Positions 40,027-49,978 of a DNA stretch of 64,000 bases are shown here, one piece after another; the stretch's first letter is position 1; each line of letters starts with the position of its first letter. The stretch lies in contig JASLAT010000023.1 in assembly GCA_030146915.1 (NCBI GenBank), positions 39,183-103,182 of the forward strand. Direction: 5' to 3'. The notes beneath the pieces are model-generated. The model made no database searches, was not told the DNA's origin, and was given only the letters and a program-made list of their open reading frames with translations. The DNA comes from Tissierellales bacterium (GTDB lineage Bacteria; Bacillota; Clostridia; Tissierellales; Tissierellaceae). Both the position numbers and the translations under genes were made by a program.

Positions 40027-41396
40027 CTAAATATAAATTTTGCTACTAATATTATGATGGGTAAACTTATAAGGGTTCTTTCTATAAAAATAATAAACAT
40101 ATCTAAGGGACTTATAGGAATTTCTGTACCTAGTATAACAGCTCCAGCTTCTGATAAATAAACTAATTGTGATACAGAAAGACTAGCAATTATAAACCTA
40201 GTCATATCACTAGGTATGTTAGCAGCTAAGACAGATGGTAAAAACATATCTGAGAACCCAACCATTACAGTTTGAGAAGCTTCTTTAGCATAAGGTACTT
40301 TCATAATTTCTAAAAAAGGTAAAAATGGTTTACCCAATATTTGGAAAAAACTTGTATATTCAGCAATAATTACCGCAATACTACCAAATGCCATTATTAC
40401 TGGTAATACTGCTAACCACATATCAAAAGCTGTTTTAAATCCATTTTTTATTATAAAAAAAAGACCCCTATGTTCTTTAGCTTTTTTTACAGCAAGTTGT
40501 AATCCCCATTCACTAGTTGAGAAATTTGTAGGAATTGATTCTCCAAGATCAGCTGATTTTCCAGTATAGTATGTATCTGGCTTTCTAGATAGTGGAGGAA
40601 TTCTTGGCATTATAATAGCTGCAACCATACCTGTTAAAACTATTGTAAAGTAATATTGACCAAACATATTAGATAGTCCAACCTGTTCTAGTACAACTAA
40701 AGAAAATGTAATAGAAACTGCAGAAAATGTTGTTGATATTATAGAGGCTTCTTTGGCAGTATAATATCCTTGTAAATATTGTTGATTTGTTAAAGTTACA
40801 CCTATAGTTCCATCTCCTACCCAAGAAGCAACACAATCGATAGAAGATCTTCCCGGTAACTTAAAAAATGGTCTCATAATAGGTGTTAATAAGACACCTA
40901 TAAACTCTAGTAATCCAAAGTCTGTTAAAAATGGAAGAAAAAGTCCAGCAAACAGAAATATAGTAAATAGACCAGTTAAAAGATCATAAAGTATTAGTCC
41001 ACCAGTATCTTCACTCCATATAGCTTTTGGACCTATTTTATTTATAACTAAAAAAGTCAAAATAAATCCGATAACACGTATGATAACCCATATAAAACTA
41101 ACATCAAATATATTTTTTAAAAAAATATTTTCTTCAATAAACTTAGGCCTTGATATATAGTACCATATAGTTAATAAAGCTGTTACAAATGTGAACATTG
41201 TAATTATGTAAGGAATAACGTCTGAGAGCATACTTGTAACTTGACTAGATAGGAAAGCCACAACTATGGTAGTCTCACCCTTATAGCTAAAAGGAAACAT
41301 TAGCATTAAGACACCAAATAAGGATGGTACTATAAAACTTAAGTATTCTTTTAAGGTAAAGTTTTCTTTTTTTACCTTCTCAAAATGTGATTGCAT
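40008..41396 (-). CDS. YjiH-family / nucleoside-recognition domain membrane protein, copy B (tandem paralogue)
   Basis: Collinear with copy A over the full length. SD AAGGAGG lies upstream. Confidence 0.7.
   Translation of the reverse strand: MQSHFEKVKKENFTLKEYLSFIVPSLFGVLMLMFPFSYKGETTIVVAFLSSQVTSMLSDVIPYIITMFTFVTALLTIWYYISRPKFIEENIFLKNIFDVSFIWVIIRVIGFILTFLVINKIGPKAIWSEDTGGLILYDLLTGLFTIFLFAGLFLPFLTDFGLLEFIGVLLTPIMRPFFKLPGRSSIDCVASWVGDGTIGVTLTNQQYLQGYYTAKEASIISTTFSAVSITFSLVVLEQVGLSNMFGQYYFTIVLTGMVAAIIMPRIPPLSRKPDTYYTGKSADLGESIPTNFSTSEWGLQLAVKKAKEHRGLFFIIKNGFKTAFDMWLAVLPVIMAFGSIAVIIAEYTSFFQILGKPFLPFLEIMKVPYAKEASQTVMVGFSDMFLPSVLAANIPSDMTRFIIASLSVSQLVYLSEAGAVILGTEIPISPLDMFIIFIERTLISLPIIILVAKFIFRNQVIL
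40561..40616 (-). repeat. 56-nt tract identical to 38989-39044 (inside YjiH copy B)
   Basis: Same 56-mer as above; the flanking sequence diverges immediately on both sides. Confidence 0.95.
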
Positions 41397-41597
41397 AATA
41401 AACCTCCTTTATTTTATTGAAAATTATTCAATATATTAAATAATTTTTCTATTTAATAAACTATTATATAATAAATAAGGATTTAAGTAAAGAATAATTT
41501 TAAAACTATTATATTAATACTATATGTGTTATAATTATAATGTTAAGAGGAGTTATATAATTTATATAATAAGAGACTTGTATATGGAGGTGTAAAA

Positions 41598-41819
41598 ATG
41601 CAAATATTTTCAATAATATCTTTAATATCAAGTATATCTTTAATAGTTTCAGTAGCGCTACAAGAAGGTGCAGAGCAAGGAATGGGCACGATAACAGGTG
41701 AGGCAGCTCCACTTTGGGGGCAGTCTAGAGGAACTAGTAGAGAAGATGTACTTAAACGTGTAACAATCGTTTCAGCTGTTGTATTTATAGTTTCTCATTT
41801 AATACTAGCTGCATTATAA
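41598..41819 (+). CDS. secG: Preprotein translocase subunit SecG
   Basis: 73 aa with two TM helices and a central LQEGAEQGMG...G loop typical of SecG. SD GGAGGTG lies upstream. Confidence 0.85.
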   Translation: MQIFSIISLISSISLIVSVALQEGAEQGMGTITGEAAPLWGQSRGTSREDVLKRVTIVSAVVFIVSHLILAAL

Positions 41820-41830
41820 TAGAAATTATT

Positions 41831-41862
41831 AAGTCCTTCAGTTAGAAGGGCTTTTATTTTTA
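41831..41862 (+). terminator. Intrinsic terminator after secG
   Basis: aagtccttc-agtta-gaagggctt followed by ttatttttat. Confidence 0.85.
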
Positions 41863-41904
41863 TAACTGGGGTATAATAAATATAGAGAGTAAGGGGTGGT
41901 AAAA

Positions 41905-44025
41905 ATGACAATAAGAGAGTATCTACTAAATATTATAAATGATAAGAAATATAAGCCTTTATCTAAAGATGAGTTTGCTGCTATATTTAACTTTGATAGG
42001 AAAAATAGAAAAGCATTATTTAATGTCTTAGATAGTTTAGAAAAAGAAGGATTAATAGTAAGAAATAATGAAGAAAAATATGTGTTAATAAATGATAGAT
42101 ATTTAGTTGTTGGACATATACAGGGAAATGAAAAAGGGTTTGCTTTTTTAATTCCTTTAGATAAAGAAAAAGAAGATGTATTTATATCCAAAAGTAATTT
42201 AAAAGATGCACTTCATGGAGATAAAGTCGTTGTAAATATCTTAAGTGAACAAGAGAGTGATAGAAGACAAGAAGGAGAGGTTTTAAGAGTCTTAGAAAGA
42301 AAAAATAAGACTATAGTTGGAACTTTTACCGATAGTAAAAATTTTGGTTTTGTTATTCCAGATGAAAGTAAAATAAATTATGATATCTTTATACCTAAGT
42401 CATCTATAAATTCAGCTAAACATAATCAAAAAGTAGTTGTTGAGATAACTAAATGGCCAATAAATGGAAAAAATCCTGAAGGAAAGATTATAGAAATTTT
42501 AGGATATATGTCTGAAAAAGGTACAGATATTAGATCTGTTATAAAACAATATGATCTTGCAGAAGATTTTCCAGATGAAGTACTAGATTATGTAGATGAA
42601 ATTAATCAAGAGGTAACTGAGGAAGAAATTGAAGGAAGGCTCGATCTAAGAGATGAAAATATTTTTACTATTGATGGCTTTGATGCTAAAGATTTAGATG
42701 ATGCAGTTTCAATTAAAAAACTAGAGAATGGTAATTATAGGCTAGGAGTTCATATAGCAGATGTAGCACACTATGTAAAGGAAGGTTCAGTTTTAGATCA
42801 AGATGCTATGTCTAGAGGTAATTCAGTATATTTATTAGATAGAGTAGTTCCAATGTTACCAGAAGATCTATCAAATGGAATATGTTCTTTAAATCCTGGT
42901 GAAGATAGGCTATGTTTATCAATAATTATGGATATAGATAAATATGGAAATGTTAAGGATAATATAATTAAGGAAACGGTAATTAATAGTAAAAAAAGAT
43001 TAGTGTATGATGATGTATCTGATTATCTTGAGTTTTCAAATGAAGAAGCGGAGAAAAAATTAGAAGGTGTTACTGAAGAGTTAGGTTTAATGCAAGAGTT
43101 AGCAGAGATTTTGAGAAGTAAAAGAGAAGAGCGAGGCAGCATAGATTTTGATTTTATTGAAACAAGAATAATTTTAGATGAAAAAGGAAAAGCTGTTAAT
43201 ATAGTTGAAGAAGAAAGAAGAATAGGTAATAAAATAATAGAAGAGTTTATGCTTATTTCTAATGAAACTATATCTGAACAGTTCTTTTGGGCAGAAATAC
43301 CTTTTCTATATAGAATTCATGAAAATCCTGCACCAGAGAAAATTGAAGAGTTTAGTAAAGTTATTCACAACTTAGGTTATAGTTTAAAAGGAAAACAAGA
43401 TATTCACCCTAAAGCACTTCAACAATTATTAGAAGAGGTTAAAGGCAAAAAAGAAGAACCTTTGATATCGACTCTTATGTTAAGATCTTTAAGAAAAGCA
43501 ATTTATAGTGAAGTACCAGATATACATTTTGGGTTAGCTTCAGAATATTATTCTCATTTTACAGCACCTATAAGAAGATATCCAGATTTAGTAATTCACA
43601 GAATTATAAAGGACTATATAAATGGAAAACTTTCTAATAAAAAGATAAAAAAGCTAGAGAAAACTTTACCAGAAATTGCAGAGCATACTTCTAAGACTGA
43701 AAGAGTGGCAGAGGAAGCAGAAAGAGAAGTAGAAGATATGAAAAAAGCTGAATATATGCAAGAATATATAGGAGAAAATTTCAAAGCAGTAGTTTCATCA
43801 CTAACTAGGTTTGGTATATTTGTTCAATTAGATAATACTATTGAAGGTCTAATAAGGTTTGCAGATATGAATGATGATTATTATGATTTTGATGAAGAAA
43901 ATTATTTAGTAATGGGTGAAAGAACAGGAAAGGTTTATAAATTAGGGGATAAAGTATCAGTAAAGCTGATTAATGCAAGTCCAGCTAAAAGAGAAATAGA
44001 TTTTAAATTTATAAGGGAGGAATAG
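41905..44025 (+). CDS. rnr: Ribonuclease R
   Basis: Cold-shock-like N-terminal domains, RNB domain (FTIDGFDAKDLDDAVS, HFGLA..YSHFTAPIRRYPDL) and a C-terminal S1 domain. Confidence 0.95.
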   Translation: MTIREYLLNIINDKKYKPLSKDEFAAIFNFDRKNRKALFNVLDSLEKEGLIVRNNEEKYVLINDRYLVVGHIQGNEKGFAFLIPLDKEKEDVFISKSNLKDALHGDKVVVNILSEQESDRRQEGEVLRVLERKNKTIVGTFTDSKNFGFVIPDESKINYDIFIPKSSINSAKHNQKVVVEITKWPINGKNPEGKIIEILGYMSEKGTDIRSVIKQYDLAEDFPDEVLDYVDEINQEVTEEEIEGRLDLRDENIFTIDGFDAKDLDDAVSIKKLENGNYRLGVHIADVAHYVKEGSVLDQDAMSRGNSVYLLDRVVPMLPEDLSNGICSLNPGEDRLCLSIIMDIDKYGNVKDNIIKETVINSKKRLVYDDVSDYLEFSNEEAEKKLEGVTEELGLMQELAEILRSKREERGSIDFDFIETRIILDEKGKAVNIVEEERRIGNKIIEEFMLISNETISEQFFWAEIPFLYRIHENPAPEKIEEFSKVIHNLGYSLKGKQDIHPKALQQLLEEVKGKKEEPLISTLMLRSLRKAIYSEVPDIHFGLASEYYSHFTAPIRRYPDLVIHRIIKDYINGKLSNKKIKKLEKTLPEIAEHTSKTERVAEEAEREVEDMKKAEYMQEYIGENFKAVVSSLTRFGIFVQLDNTIEGLIRFADMNDDYYDFDEENYLVMGERTGKVYKLGDKVSVKLINASPAKREIDFKFIREE

Positions 44026-44026
44026 T

Positions 44027-44479
44027 ATGACTACGGTAGCTAGAAATAGAAAAGCAAGGCATGAATATCATATAGAAGATACTGTAGAAGCGGGAATAGT
44101 TTTAAAAGGTACAGAGGTCAAGTCTTTAAGACAAGGTAAGGCTAGTATACAAGATAGCTATGCTTATATAAATGATGGTGAAGCATTTATATCTAATTTG
44201 CATATAAGTCCTTATGAACAAGGAAATATTCATAATCAAGATCCTATAAGAACAAGAAAGTTACTATTAAAGAAGAAGGAAATTTTAAACTTACACATAG
44301 CAATGAGCCAAAAGGGATATACTTTAGTTCCTTTGTCTATATACTTTAAAAATGGTTATGCTAAAGTACAAATAGCTGTAGCAAAAGGTAAAAAGATTCA
44401 CGACAGGAGACAGGACATTGCAAAGAAAGATGCTGAAAGAAGAATGAGACAACATTCATCTGAAAAGTATAATGCTTAA
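44027..44479 (+). CDS. smpB: SsrA-binding protein SmpB
   Basis: NRKARHEYHI, GTEVKSLR and RTRKLLL motifs. Confidence 0.95.
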   Translation: MTTVARNRKARHEYHIEDTVEAGIVLKGTEVKSLRQGKASIQDSYAYINDGEAFISNLHISPYEQGNIHNQDPIRTRKLLLKKKEILNLHIAMSQKGYTLVPLSIYFKNGYAKVQIAVAKGKKIHDRRQDIAKKDAERRMRQHSSEKYNA

Positions 44480-44506
44480 AACTCTGATTACTTAAATCGG
44501 AGTTTT
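44478..44506 (+). terminator. Hairpin/terminator after smpB
   Basis: A 12-bp stem aaaactctgatt/aatcggagtttt with one G-U pair. Confidence 0.65.
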
Positions 44507-44513
44507 AGTCAAA

Positions 44514-44542
44514 TTGACAAACTATACAAAGTTATATATAAT
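44514..44542 (+). promoter_or_regulatory. Consensus sigma-A promoter of ssrA
   Basis: TTGACA (44514-44519), a 17-nt spacer, then TATAAT (44537-44542), 12 nt before the mature 5' end. Confidence 0.8.
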
Positions 44543-44554
44543 ATATTAATGCAT

Positions 44555-44913
44555 GGGGGCGAAATTTGGTTTCGACGGGAATGTGGAATCAAGAGTAGCG
44601 AGCCGTTGTTGTCACTCAACGTAAAAAAGGGCACTAAATTTAAATGCAGATAATAACAATTTTGCATTAGCAGCATAATATAAGACTGCTCATCTTGCTT
44701 AAGAGTCCTACGACTTAAGTAAAGGTGTCAACTATTTAGTAGGGAACCGAGCTTAGCAAAGCTTTGAGCTAGGAACGGAACTTATGAAGCTACCAACCAT
44801 AATATCTAGTTAGTAAGAGATTATGGGAGGGAAAACTAAAATACTAACTGCGCTCGGAGAAACTCATGTGGAAGCGTTTTCGGACGTGGGTTCGACTCCC
44901 ACCGCCTCCACCA
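44555..44913 (+). ncRNA. ssrA: Transfer-messenger RNA (tmRNA, SsrA)
   Basis: 5' GGGGGCG pairs with 3' CGCCTCC, including the G3:U Ala identity pair, followed by ACCA. T-arm GGGTTCGACTCCC is present. The tag ORF GCA GAT AAT AAC AAT TTT GCA TTA GCA GCA TAA (44646-44678) encodes ADNNNFALAA. The gene lies next to smpB. Confidence 0.95.
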
Positions 44914-44918
44914 GAACC

Positions 44919-44952
44919 ATAGTCCATGAAGATAAATATCTTCATGGACTAT
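44919..44952 (+). terminator. Intrinsic terminator after ssrA
   Basis: A 15-bp stem atagtccatgaagat/atcttcatggactat. Confidence 0.8.
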
Positions 44953-44975
44953 TATTATATAAAAGGGAGTAAATT

Positions 44976-45245
44976 ATGGATGAAATTAAGTTTAAGATTA
45001 AAGGTAGTAAAGATCCTTTGAGTATTAGAGATTTGAATATAAACTCAATAGAGTCTTCTTATTTTAAACCAGAGGCTAGATATTGCTTAGTAGATTTAAA
45101 AACTGATAGCTTAGATAATAGAAGTATAATTTTAACTTGTTTTGATGGAAGTATTAAAATTTTAGAGTTTGAACATTATAAAGAAGCTAATATTATTAAC
45201 AATTATATTAGAAGAGAGTTAAATAAAAGATGTCTTTCAAGTTAA
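44976..45245 (+). CDS. Hypothetical protein (89 aa)
   Basis: Good SD (AAGGGAG) with 7-nt spacing. I recognise no motif. A hairpin at 45230-45257 spans the stop. Confidence 0.5.
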   Translation: MDEIKFKIKGSKDPLSIRDLNINSIESSYFKPEARYCLVDLKTDSLDNRSIILTCFDGSIKILEFEHYKEANIINNYIRRELNKRCLSS

Positions 45246-45312
45246 CTTGAAAGACATTGATTTAAAAATAAATTATTTATTAAAAATACAAATAAAATTA
45301 CAAATATTAATT

Positions 45313-45576
45313 TTAATATTTTCTTTCAATAAGAACTCTAATAGTTCTATAAATTCCATATAGGAATGTTGATACAACAAATAACATAGAAGCTACTTTA
45401 GCTATTCTGATTACTTTTTCTAATGTTGTTTCAAGAACACAGATTGGATCAGAATAGTTTTTCATAAATAAAAACGTAAGAAGTAGACTTATTAAATGTG
45501 CTATTTTATCTAAAGTATCCATATTATCATTGGAAGATAGGAACGATCTTATCTCTCCGTAGTAAATTTTAAGCAA
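45313..45576 (-). CDS. Hypothetical small membrane protein (87 aa, TTG start)
   Basis: SD GAGAGGTG lies 7 nt upstream of the TTG. Two hydrophobic helices; no recognised family. Confidence 0.5.
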   Translation of the reverse strand: MLKIYYGEIRSFLSSNDNMDTLDKIAHLISLLLTFLFMKNYSDPICVLETTLEKVIRIAKVASMLFVVSTFLYGIYRTIRVLIERKY

Positions 45577-45627
45577 AAAATATCACCTCTCTATTCATTA
45601 TTATACAATATATAAAGGAGGAAGCAT

Positions 45628-46308
45628 ATGAAAAAATTAATATCAATATTCTTAATACTATTTATAATTCTTATGAATGCTAGTTTAGTAGAAGCAGCAG
45701 AGATGGGTACAATTAAGGTAAAAGGTGAAGGACATATTAAATTAAAACCAGATATATTTACTATAAACTTTATGATAGAAACTAAGGATCAAAATCAAGT
45801 AAATGCTTTAAATGAAAATAAGATAAAAAGTGCTAAAATGATAGATGGTTTAGTTAAACTTGGTCTTGATAAAAAAGATATAGTTAATAAAATTAATATT
45901 AGGCCTATGTATAAATATGAAGAAGAAAACAAATTTATTGGTTATAGCGTAAACAATACTTTTACTATAAAGGTAAGAGATATAAATAAGGTTGGACTTT
46001 ATATAGAACAAATCAATAAATTAGGAGCCACTTATATATATAATATAGAGTATGAAAGTAGTATGGCTAATCAAGCTTACTATGATGCTATGATTAAGGC
46101 TTATAAAAATGCATTTAAAAAAGCAGATGTCTTAGCAAATTCTATGGGTTTTAATATTAAAGGAAGTAAACTTGTAGAGGAAATTAGTAGTAATTATTAT
46201 AGTAAAGAAGCTATTAATTTAGAGTCTCTTCCTAATGTAAAACAAGTAGAGATTTATTTAGATGATATTATTGTGAATGCTTCACTAAATGTAGAATTTA
46301 TATATTAA
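45628..46308 (+). CDS. SIMPL (DUF541) domain protein, secreted
   Basis: Signal peptide, then GTIKVKGEGHIKLKPDIFTINF, typical of the SIMPL/BP26 family. Confidence 0.8.
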   Translation: MKKLISIFLILFIILMNASLVEAAEMGTIKVKGEGHIKLKPDIFTINFMIETKDQNQVNALNENKIKSAKMIDGLVKLGLDKKDIVNKINIRPMYKYEEENKFIGYSVNNTFTIKVRDINKVGLYIEQINKLGATYIYNIEYESSMANQAYYDAMIKAYKNAFKKADVLANSMGFNIKGSKLVEEISSNYYSKEAINLESLPNVKQVEIYLDDIIVNASLNVEFIY

Positions 46309-46313
46309 AAAAA

Positions 46314-46357
46314 GCTGCCTTTCTTTAGATTTAAGTCTAGGAAGGGCGGTTTTTTTA
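46314..46357 (+). terminator. Intrinsic terminator after the SIMPL gene
   Basis: Stem gctgcctttc.../...gaagggcgg is followed by ttttttt. Confidence 0.8.
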
Positions 46358-46447
46358 AGTTAAGTAGTTTATAGAAGTTAGATTGTATAAATTATGAATT
46401 TATTATATTATAGTATTGTTATGGATATTATTATAAGGAGTGATAAT

Positions 46448-46861
46448 ATGATGGAAGAAGGACATAGAAAAGCCACAGACCCGTTAATTTTTTCAGGTTT
46501 AAAAATAGATAGTGTAGATATGGATACAGGAGATATAGAATTAAGTTTAGAAATAACAGAGTATATGATAAATCCAAATGGTACTTTACATGGTGGGATA
46601 GGATATACACTATCGGACCTATGTGCAGGTTTATCAGCATACTATTTAGGGTATAAAGTCTCTACTATGCAAGCGAATATAAATTATGTAAGACCAGCTA
46701 TATCAGGAACATTAGTAGCTAAAGGAAAAGTTATTCATAATGGTAGAACTAGTTTTGTAATTCATGTAGAGGTTTTATCAGATGAAGGTAAGCTTATTAC
46801 AAACAGTACCTTTACAATGGCAAAGTTAGAAAAAAATAAGTATCACAAAGATAATAGATAA
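46448..46861 (+). CDS. PaaI-family hotdog-fold thioesterase
   Basis: NPNGTLHGGIGYTLSDLCAG motif. The ATG at 46448 follows SD AAGGAG. Confidence 0.8.
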   Translation: MMEEGHRKATDPLIFSGLKIDSVDMDTGDIELSLEITEYMINPNGTLHGGIGYTLSDLCAGLSAYYLGYKVSTMQANINYVRPAISGTLVAKGKVIHNGRTSFVIHVEVLSDEGKLITNSTFTMAKLEKNKYHKDNR

Positions 46862-46901
46862 AAAAGTTTCTGAAATAGTAATCTATTTCAGAAACTTTTT
46901 T
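46861..46901 (+). terminator. Intrinsic terminator after the thioesterase gene
   Basis: gtttctgaaatag-taat-ctatttcagaaac flanked by aaaaa/tttttt. Confidence 0.95.
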
Positions 46902-46921
46902 ATTTTAAGAGAGGTGTTTTT

Positions 46922-47677
46922 TTGCAAGATAGAAAATTAATAAAAACTATAATGACATATGAATTTTTAAATGTTGAAGAACTTGAAAAATATAATTTAG
47001 GTTTAGAGATTCAAGATTTTACAGAACCTAATTTATCAGATGAAGAGATTTTAAAGGCAGTTAAAAGCTATAAACAAAAATTAAAGAATTTTAAGGGTAT
47101 AAGAGCAATGCATGGACCTTTCCTGGATTTAAAGCCTGCTAGTCCTGATAAAGATATTGCAAGGTTGAGTCAAATTAAATATTTAAAAACTTTAGAAATT
47201 GCAAAAGAATTAGAGATAGATTATTTAATATTTCATAGTCAAATTAATTATCATAATATGGATGATTTTATAAAGGATATTAATTTAGATCAAAATGCTA
47301 ATTTTTGGAAGGAGTTTTCTAAAAAAGCTAATGATTTTAAAGGCATATTTTTATTAGAGAATGTTTTTGAGGAAGATCCTTATATATTAAAAGAATTATT
47401 AGATAGAGTTAACCTAGATAATGTAAGACTAAATTTAGATATTGGTCATGCTAAAATTAGTAAATTTAGTATAGAAAAGTGGGTCCATGTACTAAAAGAT
47501 TATTTAGTTTATAGTCATGTTCATAGTAATGATGGTCAATTTGATAAACATTATCCTATTAGCAGAGAAGAAGTTCTAGAGTATTATGGTATTTTATCTA
47601 AATTTAAAATAAATCCAATATTAAGTTTAGAGTATAACTATGAAAGGCTAGAAGATGAATTAGTTAAATTTAAATAA
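46922..47677 (+). CDS. Xylose-isomerase-like TIM-barrel protein (sugar phosphate isomerase/epimerase family)
   Basis: Pattern HGPF...FHS...LENV...D.GH...H.H resembles the AP endonuclease 2/TIM-barrel family. TTG start. This is a weaker call. Confidence 0.55.
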   Translation: MQDRKLIKTIMTYEFLNVEELEKYNLGLEIQDFTEPNLSDEEILKAVKSYKQKLKNFKGIRAMHGPFLDLKPASPDKDIARLSQIKYLKTLEIAKELEIDYLIFHSQINYHNMDDFIKDINLDQNANFWKEFSKKANDFKGIFLLENVFEEDPYILKELLDRVNLDNVRLNLDIGHAKISKFSIEKWVHVLKDYLVYSHVHSNDGQFDKHYPISREEVLEYYGILSKFKINPILSLEYNYERLEDELVKFK

Positions 47678-47691
47678 AGGATGATAGTAGC

Positions 47692-49479
47692 GTGTATAAA
47701 GATTATAAAATAATAGAAAGTTTCAAGCTATCATTAAAGAGCCTAAGGTTATCATTAATAGATATTTTTAAGTTTCAAGCTTTGTATAGAATAATATTAT
47801 TACTAATACTCTATCCACTATTAAGATTATATACTAATATAATCTTAAACATCTCAGGATATTCTGTCCTTATAAATAGTGATATTAAAAATTTTTTAAC
47901 AAGTTTTTTAGGTATCTTGAGTATATTAGGTTTAAGTTTTTTAGCCGTTTATATAGTTTTTTATGAGTTTAGTATAGTATTATTAATTATTGATTATAAG
48001 AATAGAGGAATTAGGCGTAAATTGACAGAGGTTATGAATGAAGGAATCTATAAAAGCAAGCTTCTTTTTAATTTTAGTTTCATGGGCTTAGCATTATATA
48101 GTTTATTTTTATTACCAGTTTTGGACTTAGGTTTGAGATCTAGTCTGATTCCTAGTTTTAGAATTCCAGATTTTATAATAGGAGAAATTAAAAAGTATCC
48201 CGCTGGGGAATACTTGGTTGTATTTATGCTTGTACTTGGAATAATAATTTTTTCTAAGCTTTTTTTAGTTTTACCTATAATGGTTTTTGAAGAACTAGAT
48301 TTTGATGAGGCTGCTAAGAAAAGTTTTAATTTAACTAAAGGAAAGGTTAAGGCGTTAAGTCTTATTATAGTTATTTTTTTAAATATAGTTACTTTAGGAG
48401 GAATTTTAGGATTAAATATATTTAAACTATATAGTAATGTATTTTTAAAAGGAGTTGGAGGATTGTTGGTTATGTTTTTTACAGCATTATCTTTGATTAT
48501 TCCTCCTATTATCATAAACTTTTCCTATTTTAGTTATATTGGTATATTAAAAGAGAGGGTAGACTTAACAAATGGCTTTAAAAATAACTATGTTTTAAGA
48601 ATTAAAAATACAATTTATAATTTCTTTAAAAAATTACTTATATTTATTAATAAATATAAAAAAGTTTCTTTCATCTTATTATTATTTTTTACATTTTTTA
48701 TTTTAAAAAATATGAGTTTAGAGATTATGTATGATTATCCTGATAAGCAGTTAATAATTGGTCATAGAGGAAGCAAGTTAGGTGTGGAGAACTCTTTAGA
48801 GTCTGTTGTTAACGCAAAACATTTAGGAGCTGATTATGCAGAGATAGATATACTTATGTCTAAAGATAATGTCCCAATGGTAATACATGATATTAATCTT
48901 TTTAGATTAACTGGTAAAAGATTAAAAATATACGATTTAACTTATGAAGAATTAAGTGAAATAAAGATGACAGAGTCAGGTTATAGTTCTAAAATATATA
49001 GTTTGGAAGAATTATTAAAAGAGATTGATGGCGAAATAGACTTGTTGATTGAACTTAAAAGTCATGGTAAGGAAAAAATTAATATAGTTGATTCAGTCTT
49101 AGATATAGTTGATAAGTATGATTACTCTTCTAATATTTTACTTCAAACGACAGAAAATAAGATATTAAAAGATTTAATTAATAAAGCTATAGATTATAAA
49201 ATAGGTTATATAGTAGTTGGTAGCTTTGGTAATCTTTCTAAGTCAAATTTATCTTCAATACCTGTGGACTTTTTTGTTTTTGAACAATCTATGGTTAATA
49301 AAAAGCTAGTTAATAATATCCATAGAATTAATAAACCAATTTATGTTTGGACTGTAAATAATCAGAAACAAATTAAAAGTTTCTTAAATATGGAAGTGGA
49401 TGGTATAATCACAGATTATCCTAAGTTAGCAGATGATTTAGTAAAAGAAAGGGAGGTTAAATTTGAAAAGAAATATTAA
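47692..49479 (+). CDS. Membrane-anchored glycerophosphodiester phosphodiesterase (GDPD with N-terminal multi-TM domain)
   Basis: About 340 aa of TM helices followed by the GDPD catalytic motif IGHRGS...ENSLES...GADYAEIDI...VIHD. Confidence 0.85.
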   Translation: MYKDYKIIESFKLSLKSLRLSLIDIFKFQALYRIILLLILYPLLRLYTNIILNISGYSVLINSDIKNFLTSFLGILSILGLSFLAVYIVFYEFSIVLLIIDYKNRGIRRKLTEVMNEGIYKSKLLFNFSFMGLALYSLFLLPVLDLGLRSSLIPSFRIPDFIIGEIKKYPAGEYLVVFMLVLGIIIFSKLFLVLPIMVFEELDFDEAAKKSFNLTKGKVKALSLIIVIFLNIVTLGGILGLNIFKLYSNVFLKGVGGLLVMFFTALSLIIPPIIINFSYFSYIGILKERVDLTNGFKNNYVLRIKNTIYNFFKKLLIFINKYKKVSFILLLFFTFFILKNMSLEIMYDYPDKQLIIGHRGSKLGVENSLESVVNAKHLGADYAEIDILMSKDNVPMVIHDINLFRLTGKRLKIYDLTYEELSEIKMTESGYSSKIYSLEELLKEIDGEIDLLIELKSHGKEKINIVDSVLDIVDKYDYSSNILLQTTENKILKDLINKAIDYKIGYIVVGSFGNLSKSNLSSIPVDFFVFEQSMVNKKLVNNIHRINKPIYVWTVNNQKQIKSFLNMEVDGIITDYPKLADDLVKEREVKFEKKY

Positions 49480-49978
49480 AGTTAAGTTTATATTATTTTT
49501 AGTATCTAGTTTAATTTTATTATCTGGTTGTGAAAGTGTAGATGTTTTACATGAATACACTAATATAGATGAAATAAGTAGTCAGGAAATAGATGGTTTA
49601 GTAGAAGAAAATGAATTTGATTTAGATCCAGATGGATATTATACGGATTTAGAGAATGTATCTTTATATATAAAGTCGTATAATAAACTACCTAACAACT
49701 ATATAACTAAAAAAGAAGCTAGAGAGTTAGGATGGGATTCAAAAGAAGGAAATTTATGGGAAGTAACTGATAAAAAAAGCATAGGTGGAGATAGGTTTGG
49801 TAATAGGGAAGGGAAATTGCCTGAATTAGATGGAAGAAAGTATTATGAATGTGATATAAATTATAATGGTGGATTTAGAGGACCAGAAAGACTTGTGTAC
49901 TCTAATGATGGGCTTATATACTACACATCAGATCACTATAAAACTTTTGAACTTATTTTTGGAGATGAGTTATTATGA
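49463..49978 (+). CDS. Barnase-family secreted ribonuclease with lipoprotein signal
   Basis: The C-terminal 110 aa align with B. amyloliquefaciens barnase (YNKLPNNYITKKEARELGW, SIGGDRFGNREGKLP, DINYNGGFRGPERLVYS, YYTSDHYKTF). The catalytic K, E, R, R and H are retained. The N-terminus has lipobox LLSGC. TTG start after SD AGGGAGG. Confidence 0.9.
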   Translation: MKRNIKVKFILFLVSSLILLSGCESVDVLHEYTNIDEISSQEIDGLVEENEFDLDPDGYYTDLENVSLYIKSYNKLPNNYITKKEARELGWDSKEGNLWEVTDKKSIGGDRFGNREGKLPELDGRKYYECDINYNGGFRGPERLVYSNDGLIYYTSDHYKTFELIFGDELL

